From Candidatus Gastranaerophilales bacterium (lineage in GTDB: Bacteria > Cyanobacteriota > Vampirovibrionia > Gastranaerophilales > JANQFW01): 64,000 bases of DNA. A program made the translations under genes and the position numbers. How positions within the stretch are numbered: the first letter of the stretch is position 1; each line of letters starts with the position of its first letter. Shown one piece after another: positions 1 through 10,043 of this stretch. The notes below the pieces were generated by a model that saw nothing but the letters and a program-made list of their open reading frames with translations, did not search any database and was not told the DNA's origin. The DNA is taken from assembly GCA_028280605.1 (NCBI GenBank), contig JANQLL010000164.1:99-64098 (forward strand), in the 5' to 3' direction.

Positions 1-151
1 ACGTAATTTACCGCAGCATTTAAAAAAATGACGGTATTTTTACTAGAAACATATTATAGAAATTTTTGAACTTAATAACCTTTTAAGTAATAAGACAGTG
101 GGATTTTGTCTTATCGCAATAAAATAAGGTGTTACGGATTGAAAAGTATTT

Positions 152-1102
152 CTAAGTAGATGTTAAACTTCCCGTGCAACTGCTCCCGTTACCTGCACAA
201 CAAGCATAACAATGCTCATAAAAAATAACGGGTAAATCTTTAATATCAGTAAGTTTAACTTTATCTATATAAGGGTTATCAGTTGGCACAGCAAGCCCCA
301 GCGCCTGGTTAAAATCACAGTCGTATAATTTACCTTGCCAGTCAACGCTTAATTGTGATAAGCACATTAAATTACCTAAATTATTAGGGTTAAAACTTGA
401 TTTTAAGAGATTTTCATACTCCTCTATACTGTTTTGTAGAGTTAATTCGTCTTTAAAACGTCCTATTGGCAAATTTGTAATTGTATATAAATTATTAAAA
501 ATTATATTATATTCAGATTTTAAGTATTTCTTATAGGCTTTTTCTAGATCCTGTTGGTCAGGTGGAAGTTTGGCTCCTCTGGGATTGTATACCATGTTTA
601 ATTGCAAGCTTGTATTTTCCTGGCCGTATCCTAGAGAGTTAAGCTTTTTTATTGCTTTGACAGAGTTTTTAAAAACTTCATTTCCTCTTTGTTTATCAAC
701 ATTTTCTTCTAAATAACAAGGCAAGGATGCAGTAAGCTCTATGCTATTTTTTGCAAAAAACTCTGGAAATTCACTATACTCAGGTGCGTTTAAAATAACT
801 AAATTAGTTCTTAAGTTTATATTTTTTATTGAATTTATTAATTTTAATTCTTTAATAAAATCCTTAATAAAAGGATTAAGCTCAGGTGCACCGCCTGTTA
901 TATCAATATTAGAAATATTATTTTCCTGTGTAAACTTTAAAATATCTTGCATTACTGCCCAGCTCATTTGCTCTGTTCTTAGAGGTCCGGCTTGAAAATG
1001 GCAATGCTCACAGGTTAAGTTGCATTTGTAGCCGATGTTTATCTGTAATGTATTTATTGATTTTCTTTTTAAATTTTTAGTTTTATCAAAGCAGGTAGGC
1101 AT
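152..1102 (-). CDS. arsS: Radical SAM / Cys-rich protein of the arsenosugar-biosynthesis ArsS family
   Basis: 316-aa ORF. CNLTCEHCH radical-SAM CxxxCxxC motif, DITGGAPELNP, ASLPCY..QRG, DCDFNQ, and a C-terminal HCYACCAGNGSSCTG Cys-rich tail. All match my recollection of ArsS (TIGR04167-type) proteins. Confidence 0.75.
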   Translation of the reverse strand: MPTCFDKTKNLKRKSINTLQINIGYKCNLTCEHCHFQAGPLRTEQMSWAVMQDILKFTQENNISNIDITGGAPELNPFIKDFIKELKLINSIKNINLRTNLVILNAPEYSEFPEFFAKNSIELTASLPCYLEENVDKQRGNEVFKNSVKAIKKLNSLGYGQENTSLQLNMVYNPRGAKLPPDQQDLEKAYKKYLKSEYNIIFNNLYTITNLPIGRFKDELTLQNSIEEYENLLKSSFNPNNLGNLMCLSQLSVDWQGKLYDCDFNQALGLAVPTDNPYIDKVKLTDIKDLPVIFYEHCYACCAGNGSSCTGSLTST

Positions 1103-1108
1103 AGGTAT

Positions 1109-1726
1109 TTATCTTTCTTTTAATTTTTGCAAATATTCCATCCAATCATTTTCCGTATCAATATCATTTTTTTTATCCAGAATAATTAGTGGCAAGTTGA
1201 TATTATCACAAATTTTTTTAATTTGTTCAAGAACAAATTCTGTTGACCATTTAATTTCAGGATTAAATATTGATTCAACTTTGTCAATGTGCTTGGTGTT
1301 AATTCCAAATAGATAAAATCCCCCGTCTTTTGTGGGACCAATAACCGCAGGTGATGTGTCAAGAACGTAAAAAGCTTTTTCAATCTCACTATTAGTTAAT
1401 TCAGGACAATCAGATCCTATAACTATTATTTTTTGAGGATTTAATAAGTTTGTCTCATTAAAAGAGTTAATTAACTTAGATCCCAAGTCATTGCCTTGTT
1501 GAATTTTAATTTCACAATTATATTGTGCAAAATATTCCTGACTGGAATCTGAAGTTATATATATTATATTTTTCCAGGGAGATTTATTATTTATTTCCAG
1601 AAAAGTTTTTTCCAATAGTTCTGAATAAATTGTTGCCGCATTATCCATACCCATAGTTTTACCTATCCTGGTTTTTACTTTCCCAGGCTTTGGTGACTTT
1701 GCAAAAACCAGTAGTATATTACTCAT
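1109..1726 (-). CDS. DUF2064 / TIGR04282-family glycosyltransferase (arsenosugar-associated family)
   Basis: 205-aa ORF starting ILLVFAKSPKPGKVKTRIG, the typical DUF2064 N-terminus. Lies 6 nt upstream of arsS on the same strand. Confidence 0.65.
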   Translation of the reverse strand: MSNILLVFAKSPKPGKVKTRIGKTMGMDNAATIYSELLEKTFLEINNKSPWKNIIYITSDSSQEYFAQYNCEIKIQQGNDLGSKLINSFNETNLLNPQKIIVIGSDCPELTNSEIEKAFYVLDTSPAVIGPTKDGGFYLFGINTKHIDKVESIFNPEIKWSTEFVLEQIKKICDNINLPLIILDKKNDIDTENDWMEYLQKLKER

Positions 1727-1732
1727 ATATTT

Positions 1733-2362
1733 TTATTGGCAGTGTTGTTGCTGCTCTTCAATAGGTTGCTGCTGTTGTTGTTGTAGCTGAGCTGTTTGTG
1801 CAAGTATATTTTTTTGCTCATTAATCTGCATAGCAGATTCTGCTTTCATTTGAGCCAGGTGTTGCTGTCCATTTCTTACAATATTGTGTAAATTTGTAAG
1901 ATCTTCGTTTAAATTGCATAAAACAGTTTCAGCATAACGGTCAGCACCTTCTCTAATTGAGATAGATTGTTTCATCGCTGCAGCTTTGATTAATTCTGCA
2001 TTTTCTTTTGCTTGATAATGCATAGCTTCACACTCTGCAACAACCTGATGCCTGATTTTATCAGCTTCAGATTGTACGGCTTTTAAAAGCTCTGATTCGC
2101 TTAGCATAGTTTCAGCTTGATGTTTTGCATCTATTAATAATTGATTAGCTCTTTCTTGAGCGCTCATATATAGATCATCACGCTTATTGATAATATTATG
2201 AGCTTCTTTTACTTCTGCCGGGATTAATACATATATTTTTTCGATAATACTGGAAAGCTTATCCTCATGAATCATTACAAATGGAGTTAAAGGCATTTTA
2301 AATGATTTTGCAATAAGTTCGTGTATTTTTTCCAGACATTTATAGATATTATTGGTGCTCAT
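1733..2362 (-). CDS. Coiled-coil protein of unknown function with a Gln-rich C-terminus
   Basis: 209-aa ORF tightly packed between coaD and the DUF2064 gene. Heptad-like Ala/Glu/Gln-rich sequence with a QQQQQQ tract. No catalytic motif recognised. Confidence 0.5.
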   Translation of the reverse strand: MSTNNIYKCLEKIHELIAKSFKMPLTPFVMIHEDKLSSIIEKIYVLIPAEVKEAHNIINKRDDLYMSAQERANQLLIDAKHQAETMLSESELLKAVQSEADKIRHQVVAECEAMHYQAKENAELIKAAAMKQSISIREGADRYAETVLCNLNEDLTNLHNIVRNGQQHLAQMKAESAMQINEQKNILAQTAQLQQQQQQPIEEQQQHCQ

Positions 2363-2366
2363 AAAG

Positions 2367-2849
2367 CTAAACCTCCGTATTCAAATTATAAAAGTAATTA
2401 TTTACTGGTTCCGGTACTAGTTTAGAAATATCTCCTCCCAGCATCGCTACTTCTTTTACTATGCTCGAAGAAAGAAATGTATTTTCTGTATTAGATACTA
2501 AAAATAATGTTTCCATTTCTGGACTCAAATTTTTATTCATTTGCGCCATTTGCATTTCATACTCAAAATCTGTCACTGCTCGCATACCCCTGATAAGTAC
2601 TTTTGCGTTCTTTTTTTTGGCATATTCAACGATTAATCCGTTAAAGCTGTCCACTTCAACATTAGGAATATTTTTTACTGAATCTTTTATTAAATCTAAT
2701 TTAGTTTCGTCGTCTAAAAATCCTTTTTTGGACGGGTTAGTTAATACCGCAATAATAACTTTATCAAAAAGTCTTGCTGCTCTGTTTAAAACATCTATAT
2801 GTCCGTTTGTTATAGGATCAAAGCTTCCAGGGTAAATTGCTGTGGTCAA
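2367..2849 (-). CDS. coaD: Phosphopantetheine adenylyltransferase
   Basis: 160 aa. N-terminal AIYPGSFDPITNGHIDV nucleotidyltransferase motif and typical CoaD length. Confidence 0.92.
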   Translation of the reverse strand: MTTAIYPGSFDPITNGHIDVLNRAARLFDKVIIAVLTNPSKKGFLDDETKLDLIKDSVKNIPNVEVDSFNGLIVEYAKKKNAKVLIRGMRAVTDFEYEMQMAQMNKNLSPEMETLFLVSNTENTFLSSSIVKEVAMLGGDISKLVPEPVNNYFYNLNTEV

Positions 2850-3071
2850 TTTTTTTCCAATCTTGATTGTCTAGTCACCATTTTATATTATATAGAATAT
2901 TATCCATCATAAATGAAATTTTTGTTATTATTTCCTTATATTTCTTTGTATAGTTTACAATTTTTAATTATTATATCTTATAATGTAGAAATAGTAAAAA
3001 TTTACTTAATAAATTTAGTGGTGAGCAAGCCCAAAAACAATCTCCCCCTTGCTAACAGGAATAACCTTAAT

Positions 3072-3587
3072 ATGCCATCAGGAAAAGTCCACGACAATAT
3101 AGCTTTTTTATCAGTAATGCCGATATTTATGGCAGGACATTTTTTTTGCGGCTTTAGCCTGATTGATAATTTGCTTTTAACTCTTTCCTGTGTAATTTGC
3201 CAGCTAATGTTCGGTCCTGATTTAGACACCAATAGTAAGCAATATAAAAGATGGGGACTATTTAGATTGATTTGGTTGCCTTACAGAAAATTATTAGGCC
3301 ACCGCTCCAGATATACCCATGGATTACTATGGGGACCGATAATCAGGTGTATTTATTTTACAATAACCAGCTTTATTCTATTCATTGGGATTATCTATGC
3401 TATTAATTATTTTTTAGAAATAAATTTATTTCCCTTGTTGCTACAAATTTTTTTATTTGTTATAAATAACTTTAGTTTACAAAATTTTTTAAATATTTTT
3501 CTGCCTATATTATGTGGTTTGTTTCTTGGTACTGCAATTCATACACTAACAGACAAAATAGCATCATTTTTTAAGAATTTGATTTAA
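3072..3587 (+). CDS. DUF2227-family putative metal-binding membrane protein
   Basis: The ORF track starts at 2913. The family-typical N-terminus MPSGKVHD begins at the internal ATG 3072. The conserved FGPDLD..SKQYKRWG..IWLPYRKLLGHRS block is present. Confidence 0.6.
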   Translation: MPSGKVHDNIAFLSVMPIFMAGHFFCGFSLIDNLLLTLSCVICQLMFGPDLDTNSKQYKRWGLFRLIWLPYRKLLGHRSRYTHGLLWGPIIRCIYFTITSFILFIGIIYAINYFLEINLFPLLLQIFLFVINNFSLQNFLNIFLPILCGLFLGTAIHTLTDKIASFFKNLI

Positions 3588-3602
3588 GGTAATGACTATC
3601 AC

Positions 3603-4544
3603 CTAATCTATTTTTATTTTAAAAACTTCAAGTTCATCATTGTTAATATTACAAATACCTTTAGAATCAAATAAATATGTGCCGCTTGGCGCAAACTTAA
3701 CACCTTCTTCCAGTTCCTCAGCCTCATATTTTTTCTTAAAAATATCACTTACAGTAACTTCGTTATCTCCGCTTAAAGCCAAAATTTTTGAGGTTACATC
3801 CAGATCTACTTCCTGATTATTTCTATTATAGTTGCAATGGCAACCTACAGAATAATTTACTCTCAAGCTCTGGTCAAGTACTTCTTTATTGATCTCAGCC
3901 ACTCTGCTTTTTATAAACTTTGCATATCCAATAGCTTTTCTTGTATCTGTAAATAAAAATCTGAATGTATTGTCTTCACCTTGAAAGTCAGGATATCTTT
4001 CTGCATTGTATTCTTTTGCCGCAGTTTCTGCCGTTCCATTTATTAGACCGTTAACTATACTCTGAGTAAAGAAATCTTCTTCTGAGTTATATAAATAAGA
4101 GTCAGGACTATCGCTTTTTTTCAATTTTAAAATAAAATATATTACCTTGTGGTCTTTCAAGTCCTGTATTTCGCGTTGTTGTTTTTCTTCCATTGCTTGC
4201 TGCTGTATTACTTGCTGTTTTTTTAATTTAATTGCATCATATTTTAATTCTAGTTTTTTTATTCCTTTTCTTATATAACACAGGGATACAGAAGCTCCCA
4301 TAAACACAAATCCTAATATAACAGGAGAAAAATCTATAACTAAGCCTTTATCTTCTATTTGTATGTCAATAATACTTCTGATTATCGCCAAAGGTTGATT
4401 TAAAACAGTTTCAAACAAAGTTAACACAGACCTTAATGCATCAAGGTTTATCAATGAAATAAACCAATAGAAAAATATCAATGGAACTACTAACATCAAT
4501 AGTGCTTCAATTATTTTGATGAAATTTTTAAGAAGTTTAAGCAT
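3603..4544 (-). CDS. Membrane-anchored hypothetical protein with a possible degenerate cyclase-homology-like C-terminal domain
   Basis: 313 aa. Two or three N-terminal hydrophobic helices and a Gln/Lys coiled coil. The C-terminal ~170 aa loosely follow a class III cyclase fold pattern but lack the metal-binding Asp residues. Confidence 0.45.
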   Translation of the reverse strand: MLKLLKNFIKIIEALLMLVVPLIFFYWFISLINLDALRSVLTLFETVLNQPLAIIRSIIDIQIEDKGLVIDFSPVILGFVFMGASVSLCYIRKGIKKLELKYDAIKLKKQQVIQQQAMEEKQQREIQDLKDHKVIYFILKLKKSDSPDSYLYNSEEDFFTQSIVNGLINGTAETAAKEYNAERYPDFQGEDNTFRFLFTDTRKAIGYAKFIKSRVAEINKEVLDQSLRVNYSVGCHCNYNRNNQEVDLDVTSKILALSGDNEVTVSDIFKKKYEAEELEEGVKFAPSGTYLFDSKGICNINNDELEVFKIKID

Positions 4545-4698
4545 GTATCTCTCCTGACAGGATTTTACTATAAAGAACTTTAGGAGTTAAGTAAGAATTT
4601 TGACCTTATTATATAATATAGTGTCAATAAAGTATATTATATTTATATTTCATGTAAATTTATTGCAAAGTAATTATAAAAAATAAAAACAAAATACT

Positions 4699-5565
4699 TT
4701 AAATTATTATATTATCGATTAGCCTAACATTGTCAACAGTTGCAGCTACAGCAATTAATGTATTTTTTTCCAATAAATCTATTTTTTTAAATGAATTCAA
4801 GTTTAAAAACTCTAAATACTCAAGCTTTATATCTTCATTTAATTCTTTTAATGCAATTTCTAAAATTTTTTCTTTGCTTTTTAATCCGGTATTATATAAT
4901 TCTTGAATTTTAAATAAAAGTTTATTAATTGTTATAGATTTTGCTCTTCCTGCTCTTGTTAGATATGCATTACGAGAACTTAACGCAAGTCCGTCATTGC
5001 TTCTGATAATAGGACAGGCTACTATTTTTACCGGTATATCTAAATCTTTGCACATTTTTTTTATGATAATCAATTGTTGAGCATCTTTTAGTCCAAAAAA
5101 TGCCTGATCAGGACAAATTATATTGAATAATTTTAGTACAACAGTAGCAACTCCATTAAAGTGGCCTTTTCGGCTTAACCCGCATAGCTTGTTTTGATAG
5201 TATTCAGGAGGGACCACATACGTTAAATGCTCATCACTAGGATAGATTTCATTGACGGACGGGGCAAATATTATGCTTGCACCGTTTGACTTGCATACTT
5301 CCATATCTTGATTTAGTTGCCTGGGATATTTGTCTAAATCTTCATTTGGCCCAAATTGTGTTGGGTTAACAAATATACTGACAATAACTTCGTCGCATTC
5401 TTGCGCAGCTTTTTTTATTAAGCTGGCATGCCCATCATGTAGAGCTCCCATTGTTGGGACTAAGCCAATTATTTTATTTTGTAATTTTAAATTTTTTACC
5501 TGTTTTCTAACTTGCTCGATAGTATTTAATACGATTATATTTTTACTTGTTTGTGATGAGTCCAT
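4699..5565 (-). CDS. panC: Pantoate-beta-alanine ligase
   Basis: 288 aa. VPTMGALHDGHASLI HIGH-type motif. Overlaps the end of panB. Confidence 0.92.
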   Translation of the reverse strand: MDSSQTSKNIIVLNTIEQVRKQVKNLKLQNKIIGLVPTMGALHDGHASLIKKAAQECDEVIVSIFVNPTQFGPNEDLDKYPRQLNQDMEVCKSNGASIIFAPSVNEIYPSDEHLTYVVPPEYYQNKLCGLSRKGHFNGVATVVLKLFNIICPDQAFFGLKDAQQLIIIKKMCKDLDIPVKIVACPIIRSNDGLALSSRNAYLTRAGRAKSITINKLLFKIQELYNTGLKSKEKILEIALKELNEDIKLEYLEFLNLNSFKKIDLLEKNTLIAVAATVDNVRLIDNIII

Positions 5566-6400
5566 TATCTTTTAACCTGTTTTTCTCACCTTCTGATAAT
5601 TTAAAAATTTCGCTTTCTGTCGGAAAACTCATAGACTCTACATCATTTTTATAGTTTTCAAAGGCTTCAACCATAATATCAGATAAATTAGTGTATTTTC
5701 TGGCAAATTTAGGCGTAAAATCAGAATATTTACCTAATATATCGTCTGTTACTAATATCTGACCTGAACAATAGCGACCGGCTCCAATACCTATTGTTGG
5801 TATATTTATTTTTTCTGTTATGTACTTGGAGACTTCTTCAGGTACCATCTCTAGTACAATCGCAAATGCACCCGCTTGCTCCAAAGCTTTAGCCTGCTCA
5901 AAAAGCTCCTGAGTGGCTTCCAGTGTTTTGCCCTGAATATTATACCCGCCAAGAGTATGCAAATATTGAGGAGTAAAACCTAAATGCCCTAATACAGGTA
6001 TTCCTATAGATGTACAATGACTTATAATATCTACTATAAATTTTGATCCGCCCTCTATTTTAATAGCAGAAACACCTGCTTCTTTTATAAATCTTCCTGC
6101 ATTTTCTATAGCGGTTTTTTTATCAATTTGATAACTCATAAAAGGCATATCTGCAACAACTAGAGCATTTTGCGTGCCTCGTACAACAGCTTTAGAATGA
6201 TGTAGCATCTCGTCTACAGTTACGGCATGTGTGGTTTCATAACCTAAAGCAACCATTGCCAGTGAATCACCTACCAGGATAATATCTACTCCAGCTTGAT
6301 CTGCATATTTTGCTGTTGAATAGTCATAAGCTGTTAAAGCTGTTATTTTTTTATTTTCATTTCTATATTTTATTATTGTATTTATAGTTATTTTTTTCAT
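5543..6400 (-). CDS. panB: 3-methyl-2-oxobutanoate hydroxymethyltransferase
   Basis: 285 aa. LTAYDY, VGDSLAMV and KIEGG motifs typical of PanB. Confidence 0.92.
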   Translation of the reverse strand: MKKITINTIIKYRNENKKITALTAYDYSTAKYADQAGVDIILVGDSLAMVALGYETTHAVTVDEMLHHSKAVVRGTQNALVVADMPFMSYQIDKKTAIENAGRFIKEAGVSAIKIEGGSKFIVDIISHCTSIGIPVLGHLGFTPQYLHTLGGYNIQGKTLEATQELFEQAKALEQAGAFAIVLEMVPEEVSKYITEKINIPTIGIGAGRYCSGQILVTDDILGKYSDFTPKFARKYTNLSDIMVEAFENYKNDVESMSFPTESEIFKLSEGEKNRLKDNGLITNK

Positions 6401-7737
6401 AATAACTGTTTTTCACCTTTTGACTTTTCTATAGTATTTTCTTTTTGGAGTGATTTATACCAATGACTTACAGCCTTGGCTAACATTTTAGGCGAATGTC
6501 TTACAAGGCCTTCTTTATTTTCTTCAATTAAACGTTTAAATACAACATCTATGCCATGCTTTCTTACTCTTTCATGGTCAAGTTTTACAGGTAAAGAATC
6601 AGCAGCTTTATATTTTAGTGCCAAGTTTTTAGGGAGATTATCATTAACAAATACAGTGTCAATAACATTACTGTCTGAATGCTCTAAAATAGCTTCAACG
6701 TGATCGGCTACTGTATAGTTATCTGTTTCTCCAGGTTGTGACATTATATTACATATATAAACTTTTTTTGCTTTTGCGCTGGATATGGCACTTGTGATTT
6801 CTTTAATAAGAAGATTAGGAATAATACTTGTGTATAAGCTTCCCGGTCCCATTATAATTAAGTCCGCATCGTTTATAGCTTGCACGGCATCGTCTAAAGG
6901 TACTAGGTTGGCAGGGTGGGCTTTTAGTTTTTTAATTTTCCCTTTAGCTTCAGGAATATTAGATTCACCCATTATAACTCTACCGTCTTCCATTTCTGCA
7001 ATGAGTCGCATATCATCAAGAGTTGCAGGTAACACCTTACCTCTTATTGCTAATACTTTTGAGGATTCTTTAACAGCTCTTACCATATCACCTGTTATTG
7101 CACATAAAGCAGATAAAAATAAATTGCCAAAGCTATGCCCTTCAAGACCGTTTCCTGATTTAAATCTGTATTGGAATAATTCGGTTACTAAATCTTCTTC
7201 ATCAGCTAAAGCTGCAATACAGTTTCTTATATCTCCCGGCGGGAGAACGCCCATTTCTTCTCTTAGTCTTCCTGAGCTTCCGCCGTCATCTCCAACTGTT
7301 ACAATCGCAGTTAAATTATTAGTGATATGTTTAAGCCCTTTTAATATAGTAGAAAGACCAGTTCCTCCACCAATAGCAACAATTTTAGGTCCCTTGTCCA
7401 GCTTTCGTCTTCTGTATAACGTCTCTAGAAGATGAGCTCTTTCTCCTGGGTCAATTGCCTCCATTAAAGAGCTATTTACCTTTTTTAATCCAACTATTAT
7501 AATAGTAAAGCCAAATATAAATATAATACTACCGGAAACAACTGATGGAGAGTGTTCAGCTAAAGCTCGTATTAGTTGAATTGATTGGTCAATAGGGTGT
7601 AAGTTAAATAATATCCCCAGACCTAAAATTACTAATAAAGCTCCAAATAATGCAAGAGAAAACCATCTTTTTACCTTCATTCCCGGTAACAACCAGGCTT
7701 TTAATTTCAAAAGTTTTTTGTGCCCCAATAAATTCAC
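6397..7737 (-). CDS. YvcK/CofD-like gluconeogenesis-factor family protein with an N-terminal membrane anchor
   Basis: 446 aa. Two N-terminal hydrophobic helices, then IVAIGGGTGLSTILKGLK and VTVGDDGGSSGRLR motifs of the YvcK/UPF0052 family. Confidence 0.8.
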   Translation of the reverse strand: MNLLGHKKLLKLKAWLLPGMKVKRWFSLALFGALLVILGLGILFNLHPIDQSIQLIRALAEHSPSVVSGSIIFIFGFTIIIVGLKKVNSSLMEAIDPGERAHLLETLYRRRKLDKGPKIVAIGGGTGLSTILKGLKHITNNLTAIVTVGDDGGSSGRLREEMGVLPPGDIRNCIAALADEEDLVTELFQYRFKSGNGLEGHSFGNLFLSALCAITGDMVRAVKESSKVLAIRGKVLPATLDDMRLIAEMEDGRVIMGESNIPEAKGKIKKLKAHPANLVPLDDAVQAINDADLIIMGPGSLYTSIIPNLLIKEITSAISSAKAKKVYICNIMSQPGETDNYTVADHVEAILEHSDSNVIDTVFVNDNLPKNLALKYKAADSLPVKLDHERVRKHGIDVVFKRLIEENKEGLVRHSPKMLAKAVSHWYKSLQKENTIEKSKGEKQLL

Positions 7738-7946
7738 TAGTTTAAACCCCTTAACTGTCTTTATTAATTAAAAATTTTTAAACTTAATTTTAATTATACG
7801 GACTAAAACCACACATATGTATAATTCATTAAGATAAAATTAACATATTTATACAATTTTTTGTGTAATATTTTTAAGTTTTTATTCTAAGTTAAATAAC
7901 AAAAGAATAAATAAATAATTGCTTAGTAGTGAAATTTTTTTTTATT

Positions 7947-8771
7947 TTAAGAAAGCCAACCACTTTCCATCACAAAAGTAGCTGGTATGGGGACAGTTTT
8001 ATCAATGGCAGCTTGAATCTTTTTGGCTAATTCTATAGATTTTTCTGATCTTAAATCCAGATGAATTGTGTTAAAATTAACAGTTATATTTTTTTTGTCT
8101 ACGGTTTTTATTGTAGAATCCTTTACTAAAGAATTTACTTGGTTCATACAAAAGTTAATATCTTCAATATCATCTCTTTCAAAATCAATATCACCAGTGG
8201 CAGTATAGTTTTTGATTGGTTGAAATTCTGTTGCTATACGTACACCTGTTATATCACTGGCTTCTTTTAAATTTTGACTTGGTGCGCCTACTAAAATTAA
8301 CCACTTGTCAAAATTAGCAATTCCATTAGCAACAGCCACTGCCGTATCTACATTGGTTAATATATCTTTATGTAGTGCACCATGAGGTCGAACGTACTCA
8401 ACAACAAGATTAAAGTATTTAGCCATTGAGTTTAAAGCGCCAATTTGAAATACAACCATTGCTTGTATTTCTTCAGGTGTAAGCTTTAATGAACGATAAC
8501 CAAATCCTTGAATATCAGGATATCCAATATGAGCACCTATTGATAAATTATGATTCTTAGCTAATTTTAGAGCTTTCATTATTGTGATAGGGTCGCCGGA
8601 GTGAGCTCCGCAGGCTATATTAACAGAACTGACATAAGGTATTAAACTTTCCTCCGACTCATTTTTGTATACGCCAAAACTTTGGCCTAAGTCGCAATTT
8701 ATGTCTATAACAAATTCTTTAGGAGGAGCTTGTTCTTTTTTAATATTTGATAAAGGTAGCATTCCAGACAA
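7947..8771 (-). CDS. pxpA: LamB/YcsF family 5-oxoprolinase subunit A
   Basis: 274 aa. DINCDLGQSFG, NIACGAHSGDP and GAHIGYPD motifs. No pxpB/pxpC adjacent. Confidence 0.8.
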   Translation of the reverse strand: MSGMLPLSNIKKEQAPPKEFVIDINCDLGQSFGVYKNESEESLIPYVSSVNIACGAHSGDPITIMKALKLAKNHNLSIGAHIGYPDIQGFGYRSLKLTPEEIQAMVVFQIGALNSMAKYFNLVVEYVRPHGALHKDILTNVDTAVAVANGIANFDKWLILVGAPSQNLKEASDITGVRIATEFQPIKNYTATGDIDFERDDIEDINFCMNQVNSLVKDSTIKTVDKKNITVNFNTIHLDLRSEKSIELAKKIQAAIDKTVPIPATFVMESGWLS

Positions 8772-8986
8772 TTTTTGTTCCTTTATTATAATTATCTAAC
8801 ACCTAAATTATATTATAAATCTGCTTGATTTTAGAAGGTAGAAATTTATTTTTTTAAGTTCTCATTTTGTTTTTGTAATTCTATCAATAGCAGTCTTTTG
8901 TATAAGATTTTCTTGCTGTGTTTCTTATTATAAGCTGTTTAGTCATCGATTTTACAATCAAATAATAATATTTGAGATTATATTCT

Positions 8987-8995
8987 TGTTATAAT
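8987..8995 (+). promoter_or_regulatory. Extended -10 promoter candidate for glyQ (TGtTATAAT)
   Basis: TGTTATAAT at 8987-8995, about 49 nt upstream of the GTG start. No good -35 at correct spacing. Confidence 0.35.
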
Positions 8996-9043
8996 ACAAT
9001 TATTTTGATATGGGTAGTACAAAAATAAGGAAATAAGATAAAA

Positions 9044-9937
9044 GTGAGCGTAACATTTCAGCAATTAATTCATAGATTAAACGAATATTGGTCAGATTAC
9101 GGCTGTATAATCCAGCAACCATATGACATAGAAAAAGGCGCAAGCACCATGAATCCAGCAACTTTTTTAAGAGTGCTTGGTCCTGAACCATGGAATACTG
9201 CAATGGTTGAACCCTGCCGTAGGCCTACAGATGGCAGATACGGCGAAAATCCTAATAGATTGCAGCATTATTTTCAATATCAGGTTATATTAAAACCATC
9301 ACCTGAAGATGCTCAAGATGTTTATTTAAAAAGTCTTGAAGCTATAGGTATTGATTTAAGTGCACATGATATTAGATTTGTAGAGGATAATTGGGAGTCT
9401 CCTACATTAGGAGCCTGGGGTGTAGGCTGGGAATTTTGGCTTGATGGTATGGAAGTTACGCAGTTTACTTATTTTCAACAAGCGGGCGGTATTGATGTAA
9501 AACCTGTTGCTCTTGAGTTGACCTATGGATTAGAGCGTATAGCCATGTATCTTCAAAATTTAGACAGTGTTTACGATGTCCAGTGGAATGAAAACTTAAA
9601 ATACGGCGATATTTATCTGCAAAACGAAATCCAGCAATCTAAATATAACTTTGAGGTTTCTACAGCTGAAAGCTTATCTAAAGCATTTGACTTGTACAGT
9701 AAAGAAGTTGATACTGCGATTGATGCAGAATTACCACTTCCGGCTTATGACTGTGTTCTAAAATGTTCACATACCTTCAACCTTCTTGATGCAAGAGGTG
9801 TTATAAGCAAAGATGAACGTACAAATTTTATCAACAGAATAAGACGAATGGCAGAAAAAGTAGCTAAAATGTATGTTCAGCAAAGAGAAGAAATGGGGTA
9901 CCCGCTTCTTAAGAAAAACAATAAAGTTGGAGTTTAA
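9044..9937 (+). CDS. glyQ: Glycine-tRNA ligase alpha subunit
   Basis: 297 aa with a GTG start. FQQLI..YW...GC...QPYD..(K)GA(S)T..P.TFLR and the rest of the protein match GlyQ closely. Confidence 0.93.
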   Translation: MSVTFQQLIHRLNEYWSDYGCIIQQPYDIEKGASTMNPATFLRVLGPEPWNTAMVEPCRRPTDGRYGENPNRLQHYFQYQVILKPSPEDAQDVYLKSLEAIGIDLSAHDIRFVEDNWESPTLGAWGVGWEFWLDGMEVTQFTYFQQAGGIDVKPVALELTYGLERIAMYLQNLDSVYDVQWNENLKYGDIYLQNEIQQSKYNFEVSTAESLSKAFDLYSKEVDTAIDAELPLPAYDCVLKCSHTFNLLDARGVISKDERTNFINRIRRMAEKVAKMYVQQREEMGYPLLKKNNKVGV

Positions 9938-10043
9938 GTTAATCCCCATGATTAGGATAGTTTTTTTAAGGGTTATAGGTTTAAATAAAAATAATAAATA
10001 ATAGGCTGAAAATTTTTTTTAGAGTTAAACAAGGATTAAAATT

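Noticed and set aside
741-995. Antisense ORFs inside well-supported genes. Examples: 741-995, 1035-1316, 2461-2835, 6785-7435, 15375-15629, 23592-23858, 41548-41940, 43565-44017, 53261-53578, 62369-62692.
   Set aside because: Each lies wholly within, and opposite to, a gene with clear family motifs. Their translations are low-complexity (Ser/Leu/Phe/Ile-rich), typical of the reverse frame of AT-rich coding DNA. No RBS or motif supports them.
8772-9043. Possible T-box or glycine riboswitch leader upstream of glyQ.
   Set aside because: The region is uniformly AT-rich. I found neither the conserved T-box sequence (AGGGTGGTACCGCG-like) nor GC-rich glycine-riboswitch helices.
9938-10043. The RM gene directly follows glyQ where glyS might be expected, suggesting insertion into a glyQS operon.
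   Set aside because: glyQ and glyS are unlinked in several lineages, including cyanobacteria. With no glyS fragment or flanking repeats in the window, the insertion idea is unsupported.
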